DNA of 56,853 bases. Origin: Minisyncoccota bacterium (GTDB lineage: Bacteria > Patescibacteriota > Minisyncoccia > JAHIHE01 > JAGLIN01). Below are positions 29,843-39,804 of this stretch, in pieces. Both the position numbers and the translations under genes were made by a program. The stretch covers positions 1-56,853 of the forward strand of contig JAGLIM010000036.1 of NCBI GenBank assembly GCA_023142995.1. The letters are read 5' to 3'. How positions within the stretch are numbered: the stretch's first letter is position 1; every line of letters starts with the position of its first letter. The notes beneath the pieces were generated by a model. It had not been told where the DNA came from. It made no database searches and saw only the letters and a program-made list of their open reading frames with translations.

Positions 29843-30715
29843 TCAAGATCCATTTACTTCAGAATCTTCATACCCTGAAATAACACACTGTTTATTATCT
29901 AATGCTTCTTGTAATGGATTTTCAACTTCTTTACCATCAATCGTATATGTTATTTTTATTTCTTCACTTCCCAAATCTGCTTCTATGCTAGTTCCAATAG
30001 ATTTCGCTATAGTAGTGTCCCTATGATACTGCGCAATTGCTTTTCTCATATCTTCTGAATATTCACAATACATCTTACCATTATTTGGCATTTCTTCAGT
30101 ATACTGGCATTTATCATTTACCATCCCAACTATCTTTCTTTCCATCATCTCGCCAGTGAATGGATGCTTGAATTTATATGAAAATGGTTCACATAGATCA
30201 AGTTTATCCGGAAAAATGATATATTCTTCAACAGAATCTTCAAACATCTTTGTATATAATCCTTCATTTTTATTCTTTATCTCATTTTTCAGATTTTCCC
30301 ATTCTTCTTCTGTTAACTTTTTATCATTAAGCGGATTATAACCACTTTTAATTTCATCAAAATCGCTATAAGTATCACCGTCTGTATCTGTTTCATAAAA
30401 ATTAGTCCCTAATATCTCCTCAATGTAATCAGGCAATCCATCTAGATCAGTATCAAATTCTTTGTCAATCTTGTCTTCCTCTACCTTTTTATCTTCTAAA
30501 GTATCCACATTTACCTCTACTGGCAACTCATCATCGTCTTCCTTGTTTGAAAACAAAAAATATACCATACCAAAACCAATAATGATTAAAATAATTACAA
30601 TTAATAAGATGATCTTTTTATTGATCTTTTCTTCAGATCCAGGAGCAATCGGCTCACCTTCACTATCCAATTTGATCTCTGCGCTATTTTCACCAGATTG
30701 TATATTTTGTTCCAT
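29843..30715 (-). CDS. membrane-anchored hypothetical protein with thrombospondin type-3-like Ca-binding repeats
   Basis: TM IILLIVIILIIIGFGMVYFLF, then DTDLDGLPDYIEEILGTN...DTDGDTYSDFDEI (TSP3-like D-x-D-x-D repeats) and a Cys-containing C-terminal domain. Confidence 0.5.
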   Translation of the reverse strand: MEQNIQSGENSAEIKLDSEGEPIAPGSEEKINKKIILLIVIILIIIGFGMVYFLFSNKEDDDELPVEVNVDTLEDKKVEEDKIDKEFDTDLDGLPDYIEEILGTNFYETDTDGDTYSDFDEIKSGYNPLNDKKLTEEEWENLKNEIKNKNEGLYTKMFEDSVEEYIIFPDKLDLCEPFSYKFKHPFTGEMMERKIVGMVNDKCQYTEEMPNNGKMYCEYSEDMRKAIAQYHRDTTIAKSIGTSIEADLGSEEIKITYTIDGKEVENPLQEALDNKQCVISGYEDSEVNGS

Positions 30716-30859
30716 ACTTTTATTTTAATTTGAATTAACCTTTATAATGCTATTTTAACACATTTTTTTAAATAAAAAAAGGATACAAATTAATGATAAA
30801 TATTTATGCCAAAAATCACATTATGTATTGATATCTTACCAGAATGTAGGTGCAAAACA

Positions 30860-30888
30860 TTGACAAAAAGCTGTTTTTATGATAATAT
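30860..30888 (+). promoter_or_regulatory. sigma70-type promoter of the 30939-34013 gene
   Basis: TTGACA - 17 nt - TAATAT, about 50 nt upstream of the ATG. Confidence 0.5.
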
Positions 30889-30938
30889 GTTTTAATATAA
30901 GAACAATTTTACATTTACTAATTAAATAATGAGTAATT

Positions 30939-33900
30939 ATGAAAAAGACTAAAGAAACTTTTAAAAAACAAATAAATAAAATTGCTATTAGAGGAACGTT
31001 ACTAACAATGGCATTTTTAATAATTAGCGTTACTCAGATATCAAATGCTAGAGAATCCGAAATAAATAAAATAGTTATTTCAACAAACAGTTCTAGCGAC
31101 ATTGAAATAAACAGCATAAACCTTACAATAAGCGATGACAATGCTTCTTATTGTGAATCATATACAACTACTTATAATTCATCAGAAATAGAGCACACTT
31201 ATTATTCTAAAATAAGTTATGTTGGCAATTCTGTTTCCTTATATGATGGTTGGGTTGAAAGTGGAGCAGGTAATGGTTTAATCTATGAGTCAGAAGCAAT
31301 GCCTGAAATTGATACATTAGAATTATTTGGTCCCGAAAGTACTTATGGTTGCGCTGATAAGATAGAATCTATTTGGAATTATGATTGGGATAAAGATAAA
31401 TGGAGTTGTTATACTTTTAATCTAGAGTCTTTTGTATGGTTAAATGATTTAATAACGATTAAAAACGGGAAACAATATGAAATAATAATGAAAGAAGGTC
31501 AATCTTGTACACTAACTCACCCTGCAAGCGATGGTAGTTTCTGGAAAGCTGATTATTGTAAAAATGGTTGCGAAAATGGAACTTGCTTAACAGAAACTGA
31601 TCCTTCAATAACTGTAATATCTCCTGTTTATAATGAAAAAGTAGATTTTAATAAAACATACTCTATTAAGTGGGAACAATCCGCCTTAGGCAGTGATACT
31701 ATAAAAGTTGACTTATACAATACGGACAACAATTTTATTGTTAATATTTCCACTGGTTTATATCATGGTATTTTTGCGGTAATTAGTAAAGATTGGGCTG
31801 TACCGTCCAACTACATAGGATCAGGATATAGAATAAAAGTTTCCAGCGTAGAAAATCCTGATATTTATGATTGGAGCGACAGGTTTTATATTTACAGTCC
31901 AGACAACACAACAACCCCCGCAAAACCAACTAATATTTCCGTGTATCAAAATAGTTCTTCAGATCCAATATATAAATTAGCTTTTGATTATACGACTCCA
32001 ATGGTTGTTGATTATTATTGCGCTAATATTTATCGTTCTACCGTTTCGGGACAACTTGGCAAGAAAGTTCTTGATTGTGTTGGCAAAGACACAAAACCTG
32101 GCGCTAATACAAGTTATTTCCCATACGAAGATTCATATATTAAAGATAATTCCGATGGAACTGTTTATTACACAATTAGAGCAGTTGACACGGCTGGCAA
32201 TGAATCAACTAACATAGATCAATATTCTTATTCCTGGGATGTTTGCGAAGGTCCATATCATGTATTATCTCCTGACGGACGATGCGTTTGGTCGTGCGGA
32301 CTTAATACTACTCCAGACAATATAACCAATGAATGTGTTTGTAAAGATGGTCATACGGAGTCTGGAAATGATAAATTTGGTAGAAGAGTTTGTAGTATTG
32401 ATTCAAATTCTCCTTCAATTACCATAATTTATCCAAATGGCGGAGAAAAATGGGAAGCTGGAAAAGCTTACAGCATTGTTTGGCATTCTACTGGTTATGA
32501 TAAAGTTAGAGTTTATGTAGGATGCGAAGGGTATGCTTCAGGAGCTATTATGGATGTTCCAAGTGGCACTGTTGGCGGTTCATATATTTATACCGTTCCG
32601 GCAAATTGGGCAGTTCAAGATCAGTGCAAAGTTCAAGTTTCAGAAAATGTAAAAATGTTAACCAATATTACAGATGGTGTGAATTCTGATATGAGTAATA
32701 ATTATTTTAGTATTATAAAATCCTCAACAAAATCTATCACTGTCACTTCTCCAAATGATGGCGATAAACTGGAAATTGGAAAACAATATCAAATAAAATG
32801 GAATACAACAGGATTGTCTTCTGATGAAAAATTAAAAATTATCATTTATACAGAATCCAAGCAAAGAAGTCACATTATTACTGAATCTGTTGATAATACA
32901 GGCAGTTATAATTGGACGGCTGAATTTCCCGGATTAATAATTCAACCGAATCAAAAATATTCTATTTATATTACAAATTCAAACGTTTATGCTTATTCTG
33001 AAAATTTTTATCTTTCAAAAACTTCTACCGACAAATCTATCACTGTCATTTCTCCAAATGGCGGAGAAACGCTAAAAATAGGTGAACAACACTTAATTAA
33101 ATGGGACACAACTGGAGATATAGATCAAGTTACCATCGCTTTAAATAAAAACGGCGTATATATCAAAAACTTAATTTGGAACATAAAAAATAACAGCTCT
33201 ATCTCTTGGACTCCAGATCTTAGTCTTGAACCTGGAGACGATTATAAAATTAGAATTACAGATCCAGACAGTAGCTCCTATGACTATGACGAAAGTGATA
33301 ACTATTTCAGCATCACTAAATCATCTAAATCAACCTGCTTTCCTGATGGCACTCTTATAAAAGTCCCGAACGATCCAAAAATTTATATTATTAAAGATTG
33401 CGAAAAACAATGGATTGAGAGTGCAGAAGAATTTAAACACAAAGGATATAAATGGGGAGATGTTCGGGAAGTAAATATAGAAATAATTAATATGTATGTT
33501 GAACATAACGAAATTTCAATAGCAATAAATCTTTTAAAAGAAGTTGACAACTCAAAGATCTATTGTATCGTTAACGGCAAAAGATTGTGGATTCCAACTG
33601 CTACCGCTTTTAACGCCCAAGGATTAAAATGGAATGATGTTCAAAATGTCGAAAAAGCAAATATTAATCAATATCCTATAATTAAATTAGCTAAACTAGC
33701 TGACAGCCCTAAAGTTTATTATTTAACAGATAATGGATTTAAAAAGCATATTCCAACCGCTGAAGTATTTAATTCTTACAATAATAGATGGGACGATATA
33801 GCTGAAATTTCAGCTATATCGCTTGATGCTTATAACGATGTTCAATTGATTAAAACTGAAAAAGATTCTAAGGTTTACAAATTAGAAAACGGCAAAAAAA

Positions 33901-34013
33901 GATGGGTTAAAACAGCAAACGCCTTTGAAAGACTTAGATTCAACTGGACAGAAATTATGATAATAAATAATATTGATATTAATGCTTATCCCGCTGGAAT
34001 AAACATTGAATAA
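30939..34013 (+). CDS. large secreted repeat protein (four Kre9/GPI-anchored-like beta modules + four C-terminal ~55-aa repeats)
   Basis: Signal-like N-terminus (LLTMAFLIISVTQISNA). Repeated modules ITVISPVYNEKV.., SITIIYPNGGEKWEAGKAYSIVW, SITVTSPNDGDKLEIGKQYQIKW, SITVISPNGGETLKIGEQHLIKW. C-terminal repeats (P/S)K(I/V)Y.....G.K.WI.(S/T)A..F...G..W.D(V/I) x4 at about 33337-34010. Confidence 0.6.
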   Translation: MKKTKETFKKQINKIAIRGTLLTMAFLIISVTQISNARESEINKIVISTNSSSDIEINSINLTISDDNASYCESYTTTYNSSEIEHTYYSKISYVGNSVSLYDGWVESGAGNGLIYESEAMPEIDTLELFGPESTYGCADKIESIWNYDWDKDKWSCYTFNLESFVWLNDLITIKNGKQYEIIMKEGQSCTLTHPASDGSFWKADYCKNGCENGTCLTETDPSITVISPVYNEKVDFNKTYSIKWEQSALGSDTIKVDLYNTDNNFIVNISTGLYHGIFAVISKDWAVPSNYIGSGYRIKVSSVENPDIYDWSDRFYIYSPDNTTTPAKPTNISVYQNSSSDPIYKLAFDYTTPMVVDYYCANIYRSTVSGQLGKKVLDCVGKDTKPGANTSYFPYEDSYIKDNSDGTVYYTIRAVDTAGNESTNIDQYSYSWDVCEGPYHVLSPDGRCVWSCGLNTTPDNITNECVCKDGHTESGNDKFGRRVCSIDSNSPSITIIYPNGGEKWEAGKAYSIVWHSTGYDKVRVYVGCEGYASGAIMDVPSGTVGGSYIYTVPANWAVQDQCKVQVSENVKMLTNITDGVNSDMSNNYFSIIKSSTKSITVTSPNDGDKLEIGKQYQIKWNTTGLSSDEKLKIIIYTESKQRSHIITESVDNTGSYNWTAEFPGLIIQPNQKYSIYITNSNVYAYSENFYLSKTSTDKSITVISPNGGETLKIGEQHLIKWDTTGDIDQVTIALNKNGVYIKNLIWNIKNNSSISWTPDLSLEPGDDYKIRITDPDSSSYDYDESDNYFSITKSSKSTCFPDGTLIKVPNDPKIYIIKDCEKQWIESAEEFKHKGYKWGDVREVNIEIINMYVEHNEISIAINLLKEVDNSKIYCIVNGKRLWIPTATAFNAQGLKWNDVQNVEKANINQYPIIKLAKLADSPKVYYLTDNGFKKHIPTAEVFNSYNNRWDDIAEISAISLDAYNDVQLIKTEKDSKVYKLENGKKRWVKTANAFERLRFNWTEIMIINNIDINAYPAGINIE

Positions 34014-34041
34014 AAATCACAGATAAAGATTATTCTAATTT

Positions 34042-34067
34042 AAAAACAAACCATCTGGTTTGTTTTT
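34042..34067. terminator. bidirectional intrinsic terminator between convergent genes
   Basis: AAAAACAAACC-ATCT-GGTTTGTTTTT: an 11-bp stem flanked by an A-run and a T-run. Confidence 0.7.
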
Positions 34068-34169
34068 AAATTTCTTTGAATTATAGAGCACATATCCTAA
34101 ATGAATTTTAGTCTAAGGTATATATATTTATCAAAAATAAATTGCTTGAAAAATTTAATATTTTAGAAT

Positions 34170-34949
34170 CTATTTATAATCAGCTTCGTACATATCATTT
34201 AATTCTTTTAAGATGTCATCTCTTTTTCTATACAAAGGATGATCCTCTGACATTTCCTCAAAAGCTGGTATAAAAACTTCTTTTATAACTGGACCATATC
34301 TTTTTATAAGATGTTCTCTCTTTTTCTCTTCTTTAGGAATATTACCAGCATTTCTTATAAAATCGGATAATTTTATAACAAATACATCAGAATCTTCTAT
34401 TGCTTCTCCAACATGTTTTTTGTAAAATTTCCTTTTTCTTCCTGTTGTTATTCCTTTTAATTTTTCTTCTTCCATCATTTGATTAAAATCCGGATTTGTT
34501 AATCCTTCAATTATCTTTGCAACTCTTTCTCCATAAATATCATCTATTTTTGTAATAGCTAATCTTTGCAATTCCTCTTCGTCTAGTTTTTCCAAGTCTT
34601 CATCCACGGAATCCATACTCAATAATTTATAAGCTTGATCCTCAGCTGAATCATGAAGTAATGCTCCTATAACCAAATCAGCATCGTCTATCTCGTATTT
34701 ATTTACTAGATCATCAGCAACTTCCAGAGGATGGATTATATATGGATTACCATCAATCCTGTCTTTTTGATCACAATGCAAAAATAGCATTAAATCTAAC
34801 GCGTTTAATATTTTCTCACAATCTTCGCTTTCAAATTTGTCTATGACTGCTTCCTTAAATTGATCGATCTCTTCTTCTATCCTCTTTATATTTTCTTTTC
34901 CTATGTCTTGACTTGATCCTAAATTTTCATAATTAAATTCCGGATTCAT
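34170..34949 (-). CDS. HD-domain phosphohydrolase (RelA/SpoT-type HD, small alarmone hydrolase-like)
   Basis: HPLEVADDL ... GALLHDSAEDQ (H..HD..ED pattern of the HD_4 / SpoT hydrolase domain). 259 aa with no synthetase domain. Confidence 0.65.
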   Translation of the reverse strand: MNPEFNYENLGSSQDIGKENIKRIEEEIDQFKEAVIDKFESEDCEKILNALDLMLFLHCDQKDRIDGNPYIIHPLEVADDLVNKYEIDDADLVIGALLHDSAEDQAYKLLSMDSVDEDLEKLDEEELQRLAITKIDDIYGERVAKIIEGLTNPDFNQMMEEEKLKGITTGRKRKFYKKHVGEAIEDSDVFVIKLSDFIRNAGNIPKEEKKREHLIKRYGPVIKEVFIPAFEEMSEDHPLYRKRDDILKELNDMYEADYK

Positions 34950-35156
34950 TTGATTATTTTAAAAATTAGATTTTACAAACACTAATGCGAATAGTGGGAA
35001 CGAGGCAGTGCCTCGTCTCTACGAGATTATAGACATTGAAATTCCTATTCATCAAATCATTTTATCTTTACATTTCCTGCTTTTACTCTATCATTCCTGC
35101 CTTAAAAAATCAATTTTACATATTCAAAAATAGAATTCAGGAATAGAGTTTTGCTA

Positions 35157-35185
35157 TTGACAAAAATAGAAAAATACGATAAACT
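35157..35185 (+). promoter_or_regulatory. sigma70-type promoter with long structured leader
   Basis: TTGACA - 17 nt - TAAACT, followed by a leader of about 180 nt ending in hairpin CACCAAATTGTCTGCTAAA/TTTAGCAGATGGTTTGGTG just before ATG 35368. Confidence 0.45.
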
Positions 35186-35367
35186 GTTTTGTTGTACTTA
35201 AGACAGTATAACCAGTGTGAGAAAGTGTAAGCTAAATTATACCTATCGCCAAGTTCTTTGAAAAAGGGGAAGGAAAAGTAAGACTCTTAAATTTTTGTAT
35301 CTTGAAATATCATGGTCTCACCAAATTGTCTGCTAAAATTTATTTAGCAGATGGTTTGGTGAAAACC

Positions 35368-35748
35368 ATGAGTAAAAAAGCAACACAAATCAAAGTTAAA
35401 AGCGCATTTTCAATTAGAGAGAACTCCAACGAAGAAGAATTGGAGAAAACTGTTCATATACCCAAATGGGTATGTGACTTGGCATTTAAGTTCAAGCTTC
35501 CGCGTGTCGAACTGACAATGCTTGAGAAAAAGCTGGGATCCTCTCTTACAGTTTCCGTTGAAGTTGAGGGATTGAATGAAAAATTCCTTGTTTGTTCCGA
35601 AGAAAACGTTTTTATCGTCAAGTACTTCTATCGATCAACTGATATAGAAGAAAAAATAGAAGCAGCAAATCTTGATGAAATTGTTTCTCTAATTCGGAAA
35701 CACATTGAGGAACAAACGACATTTGCTCTCGGAAACACGTTTCCGTGA
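35368..35748 (+). CDS. hypothetical protein
   Basis: ORF is open from TTG 35302; ATG 35368 is preferred because 35313-35365 forms a strong hairpin. No family recognised. A sigma70-like promoter lies at 35157-35185. Confidence 0.4.
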   Translation: MSKKATQIKVKSAFSIRENSNEEELEKTVHIPKWVCDLAFKFKLPRVELTMLEKKLGSSLTVSVEVEGLNEKFLVCSEENVFIVKYFYRSTDIEEKIEAANLDEIVSLIRKHIEEQTTFALGNTFP

Positions 35749-35943
35749 AATTTTCCTCCCCTTTTTCTTTTTTTTCAAATTTGCCTTTTTGGGAAGACGG
35801 ATTTGAAAAAGAAAACAATATGCTATACTCTACAGTCAAATATATAATTTGTCTGACTAAGGTGTTTTTATCTATTTAAAAATATCTTAGATAGATAAAA
35901 TCTATCTTTCTTTGACAACTTAAAAAGGAGGTAAAAATAAACA

Positions 35944-37233
35944 ATGGAAGATACCAAAAAGATCATTAATGTATATTTTACTTTGAGCGCATTTAGAAGA
36001 TTCGCAATATCATTATTTGTTGCTACTGTCGTAATGTTTTTTTTATATAGAGGGATCAACCTGCTTGAAGTAAGTATTATTCATTTGGCACTTTATGGAA
36101 GTATTTTTCTTTTCGAAATTCCAACCGGAGTGATATCTGATGTATTTAGCAGGAAAATATCTTTTATATGTTCCTGCTTTCTGATGTCAATCGGAATGTT
36201 GATCTTTGCCTTTGCAAACACTCTTGAATATTTTATAATTGCCGCTATAGTCTATGGAATAGGAGCCACACTTGAAAGCGGATCCTTTGAAGCATGGCTT
36301 ATAGATAGTCTAGATCATAAACTATACAAAGACTCTGATTCAGTTCTTGCAAAAAATTCACTGATAACAAGTACTTTTGCAATATTTGGAGTGATCTTTG
36401 GTGCATCTCTAGCAAACAAAAATATGATGTTTCCATGGATATTAGGTAGCATTATAATGTTGATTGTTGGAATATTGGCAGTGATCTATATGAAAGAAGA
36501 ATACTTGAAAAAAAGAGATAATGATTCAGCAAAGGAGACTGTCAAATTAACGAGAAGAACTATATCAAGAAGTATAGAATGTATAAAAACCAACAAAGCA
36601 GTCAGACTTTTGATGGTCCTGGTCTTTATTCAGACATTTGCCTTGGCCGTTCTTGTCCAATGGCAACCGTTGTTTGAGGAATATTTGCATCAATCAAGCC
36701 TAGGTTTCGTTGGTGCAGGAATATTCATTGCCACAGGATTAGGCGCAGTAGCATGCCTGATAATCATTCCAAAGAAAGATAATTCAAATGAATCATTCTT
36801 TTTGAAAAGTCTGAGAAATATTGTCAACAAAATTGCAAAAATAGCAGACAATGATTTATATTCAAAATTACAGAATAAAAAGAATATATTAATCGTGTCT
36901 CAAATTGTAATTGGACTTGGAATCTTTATTTCTGGCGCTTCAAATATTTTTCCAATAATATTAATTGCATTTCTATTATATGGTTTTGCAAACGGAATAT
37001 TTGATCCAATAAGCAGAGGATATTTAAATGAAAATATACTCAAAGAAGAAAGAGCTACTCTTATTTCTTTTGTCTCAATGACAGGCAATATTGGGTTATC
37101 TTTTGGTTTAATATTCAGCGGAATTGTTGCAGAGAATTTGTCCATCTCAATCGCTTGGATGATCTCTGGGGGAATATTGATCATCTCAACTTTGGTGATC
37201 ATAATAAATGAAAGATTCAAACGGCATACATAA
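35944..37233 (+). CDS. MFS transporter
   Basis: 429 aa, about 12 TM segments in 6+6 arrangement with a long central loop. RBS AAAGGAGG upstream. Confidence 0.75.
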   Translation: MEDTKKIINVYFTLSAFRRFAISLFVATVVMFFLYRGINLLEVSIIHLALYGSIFLFEIPTGVISDVFSRKISFICSCFLMSIGMLIFAFANTLEYFIIAAIVYGIGATLESGSFEAWLIDSLDHKLYKDSDSVLAKNSLITSTFAIFGVIFGASLANKNMMFPWILGSIIMLIVGILAVIYMKEEYLKKRDNDSAKETVKLTRRTISRSIECIKTNKAVRLLMVLVFIQTFALAVLVQWQPLFEEYLHQSSLGFVGAGIFIATGLGAVACLIIIPKKDNSNESFFLKSLRNIVNKIAKIADNDLYSKLQNKKNILIVSQIVIGLGIFISGASNIFPIILIAFLLYGFANGIFDPISRGYLNENILKEERATLISFVSMTGNIGLSFGLIFSGIVAENLSISIAWMISGGILIISTLVIIINERFKRHT

Positions 37234-37325
37234 TGTCGTTTTATTTTTTTGATATTTTAAGGGTCATTCGCAATTTAACCCTATTTTGATTTTCTTGTTC
37301 TATTTTTCTATTCTCAAAAAATTCT

Positions 37326-37558
37326 GTCATTCTGAATTTAGTTCAGAATCTTTAAGCTATTGCACTAATCAAACCTATAAATCATTAAATGTTTTGTCTG
37401 AGATGAAAACGTAATTGCTGTCTTTAAAATAAACAAAAAGAATAATTGTATTTGCGTCGTAGATGAAAGATAATTGTAAAATAGGATAAATTAAACCTAA
37501 TATATAATAGATTCTGAACTAAGCTTGTCCTGAGCGATAGCCGAATGGATTCTGACAT
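37326..37558. mobile_element. MITE-like composite repeat, copy A (hairpin modules + ~150-bp core)
   Basis: GTCATTCTGAATTTAGTTCAGAATC hairpin, a core related to copies B/C (AAACCTATAAATCAT...AACCTAATATATAATAGATTCTGAAC), then a terminal GATTCTGAA...GGATTCTGAC module. Confidence 0.6.
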
Positions 37559-37596
37559 CAATAAAAAAGTTCTACTTTTTTATTTTAAAACATATC

Positions 37597-39777
37597 TCAC
37601 TCAAAATGCACTTCCTTTGTAAATTTTTTCAGCTTCTCAGCCAATTTTGGATATTTAGATAGCTTATGGTCTGTATCAATTAATTTCCCTGCTTCTTCTC
37701 TTGTGTTTTTAATAAGTTGCGAATCAGACAAAGATGCCATTGCCAGATCAGGCAATCCTGATTGGCGAACACCAACTAATTCTCCTGGACCTCTGATCTT
37801 CAGATCTTGTTCCGCTAGTTCAAATCCATTGTTACTTTTGATAAGCGCTTTTAATCGTCTGGCAGTTGTCGCAGAAGTTGAATCTGTAAAAAGAAAACAG
37901 AATGACTGATATTCTCCCCTACCGACACGCCCTCTGAATTGATGAAGCTGGGCAAGTCCAAACCGATCCGATCCTTCAACAAGCATTATAGAAGCATTCG
38001 GAATATCAATTCCGACTTCAATGACTGAAGTTGAAACCAAAATATCAATTTTCTTTTTGATAAACTTTTGCATTACTTCCTCTTTTTCTTTTGATTTCAT
38101 TTTCCCATGCAAAAGACCAACGCTAAAATCAGAATATATGTTTTTACTTAATTTTTCATATTCTTCCGTGGCTGATCTAACTTCCAAAACATCTGACTCC
38201 TCTATTAATGGACAAATTACAAAGACCTGTCTACCTTTTTTAATTTGATCACGAATAAAATCATAAGCTAGATCGCGATTTGCCGGCGCGACTAATTTTG
38301 TAATTATTTTTCGCCTTCCTTTTGGCATTTCATCTAAAATTGATAGATCTAGATCACCATAGACCGTTAATGCTAAAGTTCGCGGAATTGGCGTTGCTGT
38401 CATAGAGAGAAGATGCGGAACGGTTTTAAGTCCATCTTTAACTTTTAAAACCTCTGTCTGTATTTTTGCCCGCTGGTCAATTCCAAATCGATGTTGTTCG
38501 TCAACAATAGAAAAGGCTAAGTTTTTGAAAACAATTTTTTCCTGTATCAAAGAATGAGTTCCGATTATAAAGTTTATCTCCCCTTTTTCTATTTTTTCTA
38601 ATAATTTCTTTTTGCTTATTTCTTTTACTTCTCCGTCTTCATAGATTTTGCTTTCGCTCCCTGTAAGAAGAGCAATTTTACACACCCCAACCCCTCTCAA
38701 GAGGGGATTTTTTATATTCCTCTTCATTTTTATATTCCCCTCTTGAGAGGGACTAGGGGTGTGTTTTTTTTCAAACCTTCTCACCGCCTCCTTAAAATGT
38801 TGTCTTGCTAAAATTTCAGTCGGTGCCATAAATGCAACTTGATAACCAGATTTTATGACAACAAGAGCAGAGATCAAAGCAACCAAAGTTTTTCCAGACC
38901 CAACATCACCTTCCAGCAGTCTATTCATCGGTCTATTGTTTTCAAAATCTTTAATGATATTCCAAGAAGAGATTCTTTGAGCATCAGTTAATTCAAAAGG
39001 TAAATTATCAACAAAATCTTTTATTTCTTTTTTTAACTTCTTATTAAAATTTATTCTCACTGATTTGTTCTCCTGCCATTTCTTTTTTTGCAACATCATA
39101 TAAAGCTGAACTAGAAACAATTCATCAAAAGCAAGTCTTCTTTTAGCATCTCTAGCTTTTTCTTCACTATCTGGAAAATGAATCTGCTTAACAGCTTTTG
39201 AATATGAAAAAAGATTTTGATCTTTTATTATACTAGCAGGTAAAAATTCTTCAATTTCATCTGCGAATTTTATAACAGGTTTAATATGCGCTCGAAGCCA
39301 TTTCGAAGAAAGCCCTTGCGTTTCGTGATACACTGGAACAAGTCGCGCGGTATGAAGCGATTGTCCGCTTCCCAAAAGTTCATAAGATGGATTTGAAAGT
39401 TGCAATCCCTCTTGCGCGTAAACAACTTTCCCGCTTAAGCTAACATTAGCGCCTTTTTTCAAATTACGAACCAAAAATGGCTGATTGAACCAAACCGCTT
39501 TTATCGCGCTTGTTTCATCTTCAATTAACGCTTCTGTGATATTCATTTTTCTTTTCCATGATCTGATATTTTTAATTTCAATGATCTTCCCCTGAACACT
39601 TACAACCTCGCCAAGTTCAACTTCGCTTATTTTTTTCACATCAGAGAAATCATCATATCTAAACGGAAAATAGAAAAGCAAATCTCCAGCCGTTTTGATC
39701 CCAATTCTATGAAGTTTCTTCACATAAGCTGGACCAATTAATGGAAGTTTTTCAATTTTTGTTCTAAGAAATGACAT
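37597..39777 (-). CDS. recG: ATP-dependent DNA helicase RecG (with 28-aa in-frame palindrome-encoded insert)
   Basis: Wedge/OB N-domain, Walker A GDVGSGKT, DEQHRFG, TATPIPRT, QLHQFRGRVGRG. 726 aa. Confidence 0.93.
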   Translation of the reverse strand: MSFLRTKIEKLPLIGPAYVKKLHRIGIKTAGDLLFYFPFRYDDFSDVKKISEVELGEVVSVQGKIIEIKNIRSWKRKMNITEALIEDETSAIKAVWFNQPFLVRNLKKGANVSLSGKVVYAQEGLQLSNPSYELLGSGQSLHTARLVPVYHETQGLSSKWLRAHIKPVIKFADEIEEFLPASIIKDQNLFSYSKAVKQIHFPDSEEKARDAKRRLAFDELFLVQLYMMLQKKKWQENKSVRINFNKKLKKEIKDFVDNLPFELTDAQRISSWNIIKDFENNRPMNRLLEGDVGSGKTLVALISALVVIKSGYQVAFMAPTEILARQHFKEAVRRFEKKHTPSPSQEGNIKMKRNIKNPLLRGVGVCKIALLTGSESKIYEDGEVKEISKKKLLEKIEKGEINFIIGTHSLIQEKIVFKNLAFSIVDEQHRFGIDQRAKIQTEVLKVKDGLKTVPHLLSMTATPIPRTLALTVYGDLDLSILDEMPKGRRKIITKLVAPANRDLAYDFIRDQIKKGRQVFVICPLIEESDVLEVRSATEEYEKLSKNIYSDFSVGLLHGKMKSKEKEEVMQKFIKKKIDILVSTSVIEVGIDIPNASIMLVEGSDRFGLAQLHQFRGRVGRGEYQSFCFLFTDSTSATTARRLKALIKSNNGFELAEQDLKIRGPGELVGVRQSGLPDLAMASLSDSQLIKNTREEAGKLIDTDHKLSKYPKLAEKLKKFTKEVHFE
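38681..38764. repeat. 84-bp GC-rich double palindrome inserted in frame within recG
   Basis: CACACCCCAACCCCTCTCAAGAGGGGA ... TCCCCTCTTGAGAGGGACTAGGGGTGTG. Each arm also contains its own CCCCTCT..AGAGGGG hairpin. Local GC is far above the surrounding sequence. Confidence 0.9.
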
Positions 39778-39804
39778 TACTTAAAGTTTTATTTATTATC
39801 TTAA

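Noticed and set aside
35618-36059. Minus-strand ORFs 35618-35839 and 35868-36059
   Set aside because: They overlap the 3' end of the 35368-35748 gene, its downstream hairpin region and the MFS gene start. They lack RBSs and have odd composition.
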